DNA of 36,215 bases from Promethearchaeota archaeon. GTDB lineage: Archaea; Asgardarchaeota; Lokiarchaeia; Sigyniarchaeales; SOKP01. Positions within the stretch are counted from its first letter, which is position 1. Each line of letters opens with the position of its first letter. The position numbers were made by a program, and so were the translations under genes. The DNA is taken from positions 1 to 36,215 of the forward strand of contig JAEOTP010000039.1 of assembly GCA_016839765.1 (NCBI GenBank), in the 5' to 3' direction. This document shows positions 27,676 to 36,215 of this stretch, in pieces. The notes below the pieces were generated by a model. That model was not told the DNA's origin, ran no database searches, and saw only the letters and a program-made list of their open reading frames with translations.

Positions 27676-29751
27676 TTATTTTTCCCAATTAGAGTCTAGA
27701 TATTCAAGAATCTTATCAATTTCATGGCTTGGAGGTTTGCACGTTTTATCGATACAGACATATGCAGTAGCTTTATTATCTTTATCATCAAAGAACTGGA
27801 CAAAATTCGAAAATTTGTCGATATCTGGATTTTCTTGTTCCATTTTTCTTAGTAAAAGTACTTTATTTGGCAAATATTCATTTTCAACTGCTTCTAACAT
27901 ATTTAATGTATCTTTTGAATTTGAATTTCCTGCTATGACTAATGAATAAGTAGGGCCAACAGCAAAATCTGCAGCAACCATAAATTGTGTATATGCTAGT
28001 GGAGATGCTTCTAACTTCTCTGAAAAGACTCTGCTTAATATGTCTGCTTTCTCTTCTAATATATGATCTCCTGTAATATAACTTAGACGTAATAAATTTA
28101 ACATAGAAACTGAATTTCCTGATGGTATAGCTCCATCATATATTTCTTTTTGACGAGTTAAGAGTTCTTCATTAGATTCAGATGTAAAATAGAAACCGCC
28201 TATATGATCATCCCAAAAATGTTTTAATAGAAGTTCATTTAATTCTAATGCAATTTCTAAATACTTATTATTAAATGTTGCTTCAAACATTTCAAGTAAG
28301 CCCCAGATAAAAAAAGCATAATCCGTAAGAAAGCCTTCAATTTCAGCATTTCCCTCCCTGTATCGATGCAATAATATTCCATCTTCCTTTTTTAAATTAT
28401 TTATTATAAAATGAGTAGCGTTTTGCGCAATTTTAAGGTATTTTGGCTCTGAAAAAGCTTTTGCTCCTTTTACTAAAGCAGCAATCATTAATCCATTCCA
28501 ATCGGTTAATATTTTATCATCCTTATGGGGGTGTATTCTTTTCTCACGATATTTAAACAACTCTTGACGAATATTATCAAGCTTAAGATGCTGTTCTTCT
28601 TGTTCGATGTCTTGGATTTGATTTAAGTATAAAATATTTTTACCTGTTTTCCTTCCAGTTGCCTCTTCTAAATAATTGCCGGACTCGGTGATATTATATA
28701 TATTCATAATTAGCTCTACTTCTTTTTGTTCAAGAACTTTTTCAAGTTCGGCCCTTGACCAAACATAAAATTTTCCTTCTTCTCCTTCACTATCCGCATC
28801 CTCAGCAGAATAAAAACCACCTTTGGGAGAGACCATATCACGTATTATATATTCGAAAATTTCTTCGGCTGTTTTTTTATAAATTTTTTTTCTTGTTGCT
28901 TGAAATGCTTCAATATAGGCTATAGCAATTAGAGCTTGATCATATAGCATTTTTTCGAAATGTGGAACAAACCAATTTCTATCTGTAGAATATCTGTGAA
29001 TTCCAAAACCAATATGATCATAGATTCCTCCTTTTCTTATCTCTTGTAAAGTTTTTTCAACCATTTCTAATGCGTGTTGCTCTCCAGTGCGTTTCCAATA
29101 ACGTAGTAAAAACATTAAGTTATGGGGTGTGGGAAATTTAGGTCTATCACTAAATCCTCCTTTTTTAGAATCAAATTGTGATGAAAGTTGATTATATGTT
29201 TTCTTTAAAATTTTCTCATTAAATTTATCTCCAGGAGATTCTTGACTTAAATTTTGAAGAGAAAACGTGATTTTTTCAGCTGATTCTAATAACTCATCCT
29301 TATTATTAATCCATAGAGATTTAACTCTTTTAATTAAGTCTATAAGACCAATTCTTCCAAATTTTGACTCTTTAGGGAAATATGTACCTGCAAAAAAGGG
29401 TTTCTTGTCTGGTGTTAATAGAATTGTTAAGGGCCAACCTCCTGAACCTGTCATCATTTGACATACGGTCATATAGATTTTATCTATATCTGGACGCTCT
29501 TCTCTGTCAACCTTGATCGAAATGAATGTTTCGTTCATTAGATCGGCCACATCCTGGCTTTCAAAGCTTTCATGTGCCATAACATGGCACCAATGGCATG
29601 TTGAGTATCCTATTGATAAAAATATTGGTTTTTTTTCTTTTTTTGCTTTTTGAAAAGCCTCTTCTCCCCAAGGATACCAGTCTACTGGATTATTAACATG
29701 TTGAAGTAAATAGGGACTTTTTTCATTTATTAATTTATTCGATTTAATCAA
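27676..29751 (-). CDS. YyaL / SSP411 (SPATA20, DUF255) thioredoxin-domain protein
   Basis: [68 protein letters not shown]. Confidence 0.95.
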   Translation of the reverse strand: MIKSNKLINEKSPYLLQHVNNPVDWYPWGEEAFQKAKKEKKPIFLSIGYSTCHWCHVMAHESFESQDVADLMNETFISIKVDREERPDIDKIYMTVCQMMTGSGGWPLTILLTPDKKPFFAGTYFPKESKFGRIGLIDLIKRVKSLWINNKDELLESAEKITFSLQNLSQESPGDKFNEKILKKTYNQLSSQFDSKKGGFSDRPKFPTPHNLMFLLRYWKRTGEQHALEMVEKTLQEIRKGGIYDHIGFGIHRYSTDRNWFVPHFEKMLYDQALIAIAYIEAFQATRKKIYKKTAEEIFEYIIRDMVSPKGGFYSAEDADSEGEEGKFYVWSRAELEKVLEQKEVELIMNIYNITESGNYLEEATGRKTGKNILYLNQIQDIEQEEQHLKLDNIRQELFKYREKRIHPHKDDKILTDWNGLMIAALVKGAKAFSEPKYLKIAQNATHFIINNLKKEDGILLHRYREGNAEIEGFLTDYAFFIWGLLEMFEATFNNKYLEIALELNELLLKHFWDDHIGGFYFTSESNEELLTRQKEIYDGAIPSGNSVSMLNLLRLSYITGDHILEEKADILSRVFSEKLEASPLAYTQFMVAADFAVGPTYSLVIAGNSNSKDTLNMLEAVENEYLPNKVLLLRKMEQENPDIDKFSNFVQFFDDKDNKATAYVCIDKTCKPPSHEIDKILEYLDSNWEK

Positions 29752-29896
29752 TTAATCCTTCACCTTGCTAAATAAACAAGAAAATGCATAAATATCAAGA
29801 TAATGCTTATAATTCATTAACTCTTGATTTAAAGAGATTTATTCTGAAAATAAATCTTAAAAAATTTTTAATAAGTTAGAATTTAAACTTAAAAAT

Positions 29897-30451
29897 CTAT
29901 TTATGAGTATCAATTGAAATAAATTCATCTATTTTTTTTCTTTCTGGTCTCTGATGTTCTATGCTTTTTTGCTTATCTAAAAGCAAATTGTTCAACTCTT
30001 TAGAATGTTTCCCAATAATTATTAATGTAATGAGCCTCATCTCTTCTGGAACTCCCAATACTCTTTTTACCGCTTCCTCATTAAATCCTGCAATTGGATG
30101 GGCAACTAAACCTAATTCAGTAGCTCTAAGTATAATAAATCCTGTTGCAATACCAGTATCAAAAAGATAATAATTTCTCTCTCTTATAATGCAATCTAAA
30201 TTTTTATCACTGTAAACTGCTATGATTAGTGAACTTAATTCAACCCACTTGTTTGTTTTTGTTAAAGTGCCATGAATAGATTTTAGCATTTCTTTATCTC
30301 TTACAAAAATGTATCTCCATGGCTGGTTATTAAAACAAGAGGGTGCTAATTGAGCTGATTTTGCTAATTCAGTTATGATCTCATCTGATATTTCTACAGA
30401 TTCAAGAGATCTATAAGCTCTCCTTAAATTAATAGCCTCTTTTACATTCAT
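29897..30451 (-). CDS. Nitroreductase family protein
   Basis: RRAYR, APSCFNNQPW, ATELGL..HPIAGF. Confidence 0.93.
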   Translation of the reverse strand: MNVKEAINLRRAYRSLESVEISDEIITELAKSAQLAPSCFNNQPWRYIFVRDKEMLKSIHGTLTKTNKWVELSSLIIAVYSDKNLDCIIRERNYYLFDTGIATGFIILRATELGLVAHPIAGFNEEAVKRVLGVPEEMRLITLIIIGKHSKELNNLLLDKQKSIEHQRPERKKIDEFISIDTHK

Positions 30452-30520
30452 TTTTCCTACAATAACTTTTATTATATATGCATAAAAAAATTGGAATTTA
30501 AAAAATATTATAATTAAAAT

Positions 30521-31012
30521 TTAAGCTGTAGCTAATAATCCTTCCAAGATATTTTTTACCTCTTCAGGATGACCTTTAACACTAACTTTTGGCCAAGTGT
30601 GTGCGATTTTACCTTCAGGATCTATTAAAAATGTGCTTCTAATTACGCCCACATACGTTTTTCCTCTGAATTTTTTTAAACCCCAAGCTCCATACTTTTT
30701 AAGAATATCTTTATTTTCATCACTGAGTAATGTTACTTTCAGATTTTTATTTGCAATAAAATTAGCATGAGATTTTGGGCTATCAGGGCTAATTCCTATT
30801 ACTTCTGCATCAAGCTCTTGTAATTCAGGCAAAATATTTGTGAAACCTATAGCTTCGGTTGTGCATCCTGGAGTATTGTCTTTAGGATAGAAGTATATTA
30901 TGCGGTATTTACCTTCAAAATCTTTCAGACACACTTTGTTATTTTCTTTGTCTGGAAGACAAAATTCAGGAGCTAAATCACCAATTTTCAATTCTACTTT
31001 TTTATCTGCCAT
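30521..31012 (-). CDS. bcp: Peroxiredoxin, Bcp/PrxQ family
   Basis: YFYPKDNTPGCTTEA, GISPD, RSTFLIDPEG. Confidence 0.95.
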   Translation of the reverse strand: MADKKVELKIGDLAPEFCLPDKENNKVCLKDFEGKYRIIYFYPKDNTPGCTTEAIGFTNILPELQELDAEVIGISPDSPKSHANFIANKNLKVTLLSDENKDILKKYGAWGLKKFRGKTYVGVIRSTFLIDPEGKIAHTWPKVSVKGHPEEVKNILEGLLATA

Positions 31013-31243
31013 TTTATATCAACATTTTATTTCTTCGAAAATTTGTTTGATTTATTAAAATATTTAATTCATTAATTATGTCTATAAATTCAGAAATTTT
31101 AAGATTCATATTAATATCTATTAATGATTTCATCATTTCATTTAGAATTTTAATTTAATCGACCTTAGAATTTAATAAATTATAAAATAAAATAGTAAAT
31201 TAAATCATAATTAAATAAGAATAAAAAAAAGGTTGAAAAAATC

Positions 31244-31846
31244 ATGGAAAGGAAAAGTTTAGGTTTATTTTTAATAGCGTTAGGTATTATTTTTCTAATA
31301 ATTGCACTTATAACAATTTGGACTACAAGCATAAATTGGGATGCTTATTTGCTAATTTTTTCAATACCTTTAGTTATTTTCAGTATATTTACAATATTTT
31401 TTGGGCTTTATCTTATTTTAAAAGAAAAAATAAATCAAAAAGTAAAAGGTTTGCTTTTGATTATCGATGGAATTATTCCAATAATAATATCGATTTATGT
31501 TCTATTAGATGAAAGATTAATCTCCTTTGAATTTGTTAGAAATTTAGTAATATTCCCATTTTTCTTAGTTGGTATATTCTTAATGATTTACGGTTTTTTT
31601 TTAATGTTCTTGGAAGGAGCAATTTCTAAAGAATCAATAAAAATGAAGGTAAGTTGGATTTTAGGTTCAATTTCGACAGTTATTGGTCTTTTAATTGCTA
31701 TATTTTTTATAATTATCGTTATAAATTTCCCTGATCAACCAATAATCTTTTTAATTTCATTACCGTTAATTGGTGGTACTCTTGTTATTTTTGGAATTCA
31801 CCTTATTATTCAAGGATTAAATAAATCGATATCTATAAAAAAATAA
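31244..31846 (+). CDS. Six-TM membrane protein built from three helical-hairpin repeats
   Basis: Six hydrophobic segments with a recurring P..(F/Y)G motif. Confidence 0.8.
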   Translation: MERKSLGLFLIALGIIFLIIALITIWTTSINWDAYLLIFSIPLVIFSIFTIFFGLYLILKEKINQKVKGLLLIIDGIIPIIISIYVLLDERLISFEFVRNLVIFPFFLVGIFLMIYGFFLMFLEGAISKESIKMKVSWILGSISTVIGLLIAIFFIIIVINFPDQPIIFLISLPLIGGTLVIFGIHLIIQGLNKSISIKK

Positions 31847-31902
31847 AAAGAAAAATAATTATTGAATATAAAAATTTGACGCGCGAGGTAATTAAATTAT
31901 CT

Positions 31903-33021
31903 TTAGCTTTCTAATTTTTTCTTTATCACACAATATACTTCCCTTCTCTCACCAATTCCAAAACAAGCATTGCAATTAGTACATAGTGAGGGGGAGAGAT
32001 CGCCGCTTTTCCATCGATCAGCTAAATCAGGTTCGTATATAAAAGGTCTACTCAATGATATAAAATCTGCAATTTTTTCTTCTAATAAATTATCTGCTGA
32101 TATAGGGTTTCTTATACCGCCCATAAGAATCAATGGACAATCTTTCATTATTGGCTTGAGCGCTTTAGCGTTTGGTAAATAGTAAGTTCCATCATCAGGT
32201 GAACTAAAATTTACGCTTGGAAATGATTTATTATTGGTTATCCTTAAACTTGTACGCCCAGAGGTGGGTTCAATAGCATCAAAACCTATTTCTACTAAAC
32301 GTTTAGCGATATCTACTCCCTCTTCTAAATCTAGACCCTTTCCCTTCCCTAAAAAATCTTGAGTAATTAGTTTAATTGTTATTGGAAATGCTTTTCCTAA
32401 ATTATCCCTGATCTGATTGTAAATATCAATAACAATTTTTAATCGGTTAAGAGTAGAACCCCCATATTCATCATTTCGTCTATTTGTAAATGGAGAAATA
32501 AAGTCACTCAATAAGTAAGCATGTCCTGCGTGCAATTGTATCATGTCATAACCACACTCATAAGCTCTGAAACCTGCCTCAGCAAATTTCCTTGTTATTT
32601 CTTTAATTTCTTCATTTTTCAATTCTCGACAAATTTTTTTTGTTAGGGGATCTCTAATTGGTGATGGACCAACGGTTTCTAATTTACGACTTATGGCATT
32701 ATTACCTGTATGCCCTATTTGAGCAGCCACCTTAACATCTGAATATTCGTGAATAGAATTTACTAATTTTTTTTGTCCAGGTATATACGAATCATCATAA
32801 ATTCTTGTCATGCGAGTGGTTTGAGCTCCTATTGGATCCACGGCAATATATCCAGTTATTATTAATCCGATACCTCCCTTTGCTAATTCATCATAGAATT
32901 CGATAAGCGAATCAGTTACATAACCATCCTCAGTTGCTCTTGATTCCCAAGTAGCTGAACGAACAAGCCGATTTTTAATATTTACTTCACCAATTTTACC
33001 TGGACTAAAAAGATATTTCAA
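31903..33021 (-). CDS. NADH:flavin oxidoreductase (Old Yellow Enzyme family)
   Basis: KNRLVRSAT, GLIITG, QIGHTG, QLHAGHAYLLSDFISPFTNRRNDEYGGS, LSRPFIYEPDL, and a C-terminal C..CNAC..C. Confidence 0.95.
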   Translation of the reverse strand: MKYLFSPGKIGEVNIKNRLVRSATWESRATEDGYVTDSLIEFYDELAKGGIGLIITGYIAVDPIGAQTTRMTRIYDDSYIPGQKKLVNSIHEYSDVKVAAQIGHTGNNAISRKLETVGPSPIRDPLTKKICRELKNEEIKEITRKFAEAGFRAYECGYDMIQLHAGHAYLLSDFISPFTNRRNDEYGGSTLNRLKIVIDIYNQIRDNLGKAFPITIKLITQDFLGKGKGLDLEEGVDIAKRLVEIGFDAIEPTSGRTSLRITNNKSFPSVNFSSPDDGTYYLPNAKALKPIMKDCPLILMGGIRNPISADNLLEEKIADFISLSRPFIYEPDLADRWKSGDLSPSLCTNCNACFGIGERREVYCVIKKKLES

Positions 33022-33046
33022 TTCTATAATAATCTCCTCCTAATTA

Positions 33047-34534
33047 TTATGGATCATTTCTAAATGGATGTCGTGCACTTTCTGCGTTCTCGATACCATC
33101 ATCTACAGAGGGTAAACCTTCCATTGCTTTTCGAATCGCATTGCGAGTTGCTTTATAATTATTAATAAATATTCTTTTTCTTGCGCTAGCACTTGGATGC
33201 ACAAACACATTTACGATTATCACAATATCATCTGCTAATTCTTTAGGAAGAATTCCATCTTCAACACATTGCATTACTGCCTTCGCTATTGCTGCTTGAG
33301 CAGGTCCATATGTTAAACTGGCATGCCGAAGTGATATTGGACGAACTGTAGGAATCATAATTGTAGGTGGTTTTACTTGCATATTAGGTTCAAGTATGAC
33401 TTGAAGTCCTTCCCGTCCTTCTTCTGGATTTGTTAAAGCTTGAGCATATGCATTTCCCACAGGACCATCTTTCCTACCAATTAGAAGATCAATATGTGCA
33501 AGTTCAACACGATTACCTACAAGCGATTCCCCTACTTTTAAATCAAAATCTGTGATTTTTTCTGGTGTAATTCCAACAGCATAGAATCGGCTTGTAAGTG
33601 GCTTTTCTCCAAATTCAAACTTTAATTCTGTCTTTTGAATTAAACCTAACTTTTCAAGCTCAACTCGTAACTCATCTTTTATTTCATAAGAAAGCGTATC
33701 ACCTAAAACAATTGGTTGTCGGGTTTTACCTACTGGAACTTTCATCATATTTAAACAAGATTTAACGCCTAGTGCTCCTGAATTTATTAAAAGTCTTGCT
33801 AATTTTTGAACTCGCTTTTGAAGTATCTGTGCTTCTTCTAAACGATTATTTTTTACATGTTCATATATTTCTAGCCAAATTTTAGGGAATACATTTGCAG
33901 AACCTAGAATGCATCCAGCGGCACCTCCCGCTAAGGCACCCAAGACATTCTCATCCCATCCAATCATGACTGAAATTTTATCACTAACTTTTTCTAATAA
34001 GGCAGAAAAATATTTATAATCTCCACTAGAATCTTTTATAGCTACAATATTTTCGATATCTACCAGATCTTCAACCACTGTCCATGGTAGCTCTACTCCA
34101 GTACAGACTGGAATATTATATAGCACAATAGGAATTTCTGTTTTTTCTGCTATTGTAAAATAGTGATCGTAAAGACCTTTAGCTTTAGGTTTTAAATAAT
34201 AAGGAGTAACAATTAATACAGCATCCGCTCCAATATCTGTTGCTGCTTTAGTTGCATCGACTACTAATTTAGTGCCAGTTTCTCCTGTACCTGCAATAAC
34301 AGGAACCCTGCCATTAGTTTCATCTACAACGATCTCTATTACTTTTAATCTTTCTTCAAAAGTCATATTAACAAATTCTCCGGTTGTTCCAGAAGGCACT
34401 AAACCTGTCACCCCTTGTTCAATTAGATGATTAACTAAATTCCTCAACATATCCTCATTAATTGACTCATCTTTATTGAAAGGTGTAACCATAGCTGGCA
34501 TAACTCCAGTTGGACGAAAATCAAACTTTCCCAT
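33047..34534 (-). CDS. fae: Fusion of a DapA/DHDPS-family class I aldolase and formaldehyde-activating enzyme
   Basis: N-domain: VTPF, GTTGE, PYY, LYNIP, IKDSSG. C-domain (about 33047-33544): VGESLVG..ELAHIDLLIG..GPVG, VKP.T, GPAQAAIAKAV..GILP, NNYKAT..AI.KAM, HPF. Confidence 0.92.
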   Translation of the reverse strand: MGKFDFRPTGVMPAMVTPFNKDESINEDMLRNLVNHLIEQGVTGLVPSGTTGEFVNMTFEERLKVIEIVVDETNGRVPVIAGTGETGTKLVVDATKAATDIGADAVLIVTPYYLKPKAKGLYDHYFTIAEKTEIPIVLYNIPVCTGVELPWTVVEDLVDIENIVAIKDSSGDYKYFSALLEKVSDKISVMIGWDENVLGALAGGAAGCILGSANVFPKIWLEIYEHVKNNRLEEAQILQKRVQKLARLLINSGALGVKSCLNMMKVPVGKTRQPIVLGDTLSYEIKDELRVELEKLGLIQKTELKFEFGEKPLTSRFYAVGITPEKITDFDLKVGESLVGNRVELAHIDLLIGRKDGPVGNAYAQALTNPEEGREGLQVILEPNMQVKPPTIMIPTVRPISLRHASLTYGPAQAAIAKAVMQCVEDGILPKELADDIVIIVNVFVHPSASARKRIFINNYKATRNAIRKAMEGLPSVDDGIENAESARHPFRNDP

Positions 34535-34555
34535 TTTATTTTTAGCCTCTTAATG

Positions 34556-35842
34556 TTATATTGATTTATGCAAATTATTTGCTGCAATAAAACTTAACCC
34601 TTTTTCAGTAAGAGCTTTAGCTGTGTGATTAACTGCTCTGTATCTATCAAGATGGTTTATACGTAGAAAATCCCATAATCCTGCTTTCATTAGTTCTTCT
34701 TTAGACAAAAAATATTCAAGAATATCTGTAGGGTGTTCTCTACTTTCCTCAACCTCTATATCTCCACCCTCGTGTTTAGCACTTATATTTTTAACTTTTT
34801 CTGCTAATTCTAATAATTCATCCCTCCGATCATAAGGTTGTCTTACTATACTCTTCCAAGTCTCGGTTATATGATGTTCTAATCTAACCACATCTTCAAA
34901 ATCAAAATTTTTACGAATATATGATGATAATTCAATAGTTTCATTATTAACCGAATTAGCAAGATTAAAGCCTATGAGAGGACTTGAGCCATCTTCGCGA
35001 GCAAACAATTTTGCAGTTAATAAAGTCCAAAGACAAGAATAGGGATTATCATTGCCCATATAAACACTAATCTTGAATTCGTTATTAATTCCTAATTTAT
35101 AAATGAAATATCCAAGTAAAACAGTGCCAGGATTTACGTTAAGCACTTGTTTTATTCCATAATTAGTATAGTAATAGAGAAATTCATCGATCCATTTTAA
35201 AGCAAAATCATTAGGTTGCCCCACACCACCAAAATATCCGGTTATGGTTTCAGGTCCACCTAAATGCACATTTACAGGAAGTCCATCTGGTCCTGGAGCA
35301 GTTCCTTTTGTATCTAATGTCTCAACCCACGTAGAGCCAATAATTTGCATTGCTGCAGCCATGGCAATTAAATCTCCATCTTTCTCCTGTTCCTTCATAT
35401 TTCTAACCCGAATAATCCTTCCAGGAACTAATTGTTGAGTATCAATGGCATCTTTAACAATTGCAATAAGAAATGGAAAATATTGACAGGCAGATAACTC
35501 TAAAGTAACTGCAAAATCCTCTCTGAATTTCATTTCTGATGCTTTCTCTCCAAGAATTTTCTTTCGATATTCAGGTATACTGATAAAAGCATTAATATCT
35601 CTCTGATTAATTAGCCATTCAAGATCTTTTATATAATTTGGATTTACTTTTTCTAGTTTTTGCATTAAATTTTCGACTTTACCAGCCTCTTCAGCTTTTC
35701 TATTGATTTCTTCTATACCACCATATTTATCTAGCAATTCTAAAAGATTAGTAATTAATGGATTACTCTCATCTAAAAGAAAAGCATTAACTGCCTTTAA
35801 GGCCTTATCTGAAATTTCAAGCTTTTTCCTCAAATCTTTCAT
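34556..35842 (-). CDS. Enzyme-like hypothetical protein (428 aa)
   Basis: Long ORF with motif-like segments: ELSACQYFP, ETLDTKG, NVHLGGPETITGYFGG, EHHITE, SAKHEG. Function not recognised. Confidence 0.85.
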   Translation of the reverse strand: MKDLRKKLEISDKALKAVNAFLLDESNPLITNLLELLDKYGGIEEINRKAEEAGKVENLMQKLEKVNPNYIKDLEWLINQRDINAFISIPEYRKKILGEKASEMKFREDFAVTLELSACQYFPFLIAIVKDAIDTQQLVPGRIIRVRNMKEQEKDGDLIAMAAAMQIIGSTWVETLDTKGTAPGPDGLPVNVHLGGPETITGYFGGVGQPNDFALKWIDEFLYYYTNYGIKQVLNVNPGTVLLGYFIYKLGINNEFKISVYMGNDNPYSCLWTLLTAKLFAREDGSSPLIGFNLANSVNNETIELSSYIRKNFDFEDVVRLEHHITETWKSIVRQPYDRRDELLELAEKVKNISAKHEGGDIEVEESREHPTDILEYFLSKEELMKAGLWDFLRINHLDRYRAVNHTAKALTEKGLSFIAANNLHKSI

Positions 35843-35877
35843 ATTTTATTATTACCTTTATGTTTTAACTACACTTA

Positions 35878-35918
35878 GAAATATTCTACCCATGGTATTC
35901 CCATGCATCTAATATTTC
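35878..35918 (-). promoter_or_regulatory. Symmetric 41-nt hairpin / inverted repeat in the probable leader of the fae operon
   Basis: GAAATATT-ctacc-CATGG-tattc-CCATG-catct-AATATTTC on the + strand. Confidence 0.4.
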
Positions 35919-36045
35919 AAAAAGAGACCATAAATGTAATATTGGATTCACTTTATTTTAAATTTATTTGAAATCCATCAAAAGTTTTAATTACAATTCG
36001 AAATATCATAACTATATCAGAAATAGTAAGAGTAGATCCTTGAAA

Positions 36046-36215
36046 ATGTTCAAATATAAAGTATCAATTTTGGGAACCGGCTTTATAGGATTGTGTTCAG
36101 CGGCTTGTTTTGCGAATAAAGATATAAAAGTTTTAGCCTCAACCCATAATGAAAAAAAGGCAGCTATGATTAATGAGGGAAAAGCCCCCTTTTATGAAGC
36201 TGGTTTACAGGAAAT
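36046..36215 (+). CDS. UDP-glucose/GDP-mannose dehydrogenase family protein, 3'-truncated (missing from the ORF track)
   Basis: Manual translation: MFKYKVSILGTGFIGLCSAACFANKDIKVLASTHNEKKAAMINEGKAPFYEAGLQE. It has the GxGxxG and P.YE.GL motifs. An alternative TTG start lies at 36040. Confidence 0.9.
   Translation, partial: MFKYKVSILGTGFIGLCSAACFANKDIKVLASTHNEKKAAMINEGKAPFYEAGLQE

Noticed and set aside
29897-30451. Nitroreductase as the missing oxidase domain of OxzB
   Set aside because: It is more than 20 kb from the ThiF gene and sits in a generic redox cluster with bcp.
1197-35912. Short antisense or alternate-frame ORFs in the track (for example 1197-1565, 2355-2801, 16895-17224, 21489-21725, 27650-27949, 35703-35912)
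   Set aside because: They are shadows of well-supported genes and have no recognisable motifs.
1-36215. CRISPR arrays, tRNA/rRNA genes, IS elements or prophage
   Set aside because: I saw no regularly spaced repeats, GC-rich structured islands, transposase or integrase ORFs.

Overview
An AT-rich, gene-dense archaeal window that is most likely from an Asgard archaeon of the Lokiarchaeia/Promethearchaeota type. This is inferred from an extended Arf/Rag-like small GTPase, archaeal GGTGA/GGAGG Shine-Dalgarno sites, methanogen-type HdrBC without Mcr in view, Fae, a stand-alone 7TM protein and a multi-PAS kinase. The centre holds two convergent heterodisulfide-reductase-like systems. One is a complete hdrCBA-mvhD(flxD)-flxCBA operon. 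The other is an HdrD-like gene plus a 1648-aa HdrL-type fusion (HdrA/GltD/HdrA/MvhD). The flanks carry a tungsten AOR, a PEBP protein, a PAS histidine kinase, redox genes, an Sm-like protein and an operon of unknown protein, DapA-like/Fae fusion and OYE. The best candidates for new biology are: (1) a GNAT + YghO/bCerS-like GNAT + OxzB-type ThiF cassette followed by a 7TM receptor-like gene next to a sensor kinase, which may make and sense an acylated small molecule; (2) a DapA-type aldolase fused to formaldehyde-activating enzyme; and (3) apparent ATC and CTG start codons at stop/start overlaps in the hdr-flx operon. I found no rRNA, tRNA, CRISPR array or mobile element. All family calls come from motif recognition, not database searches.
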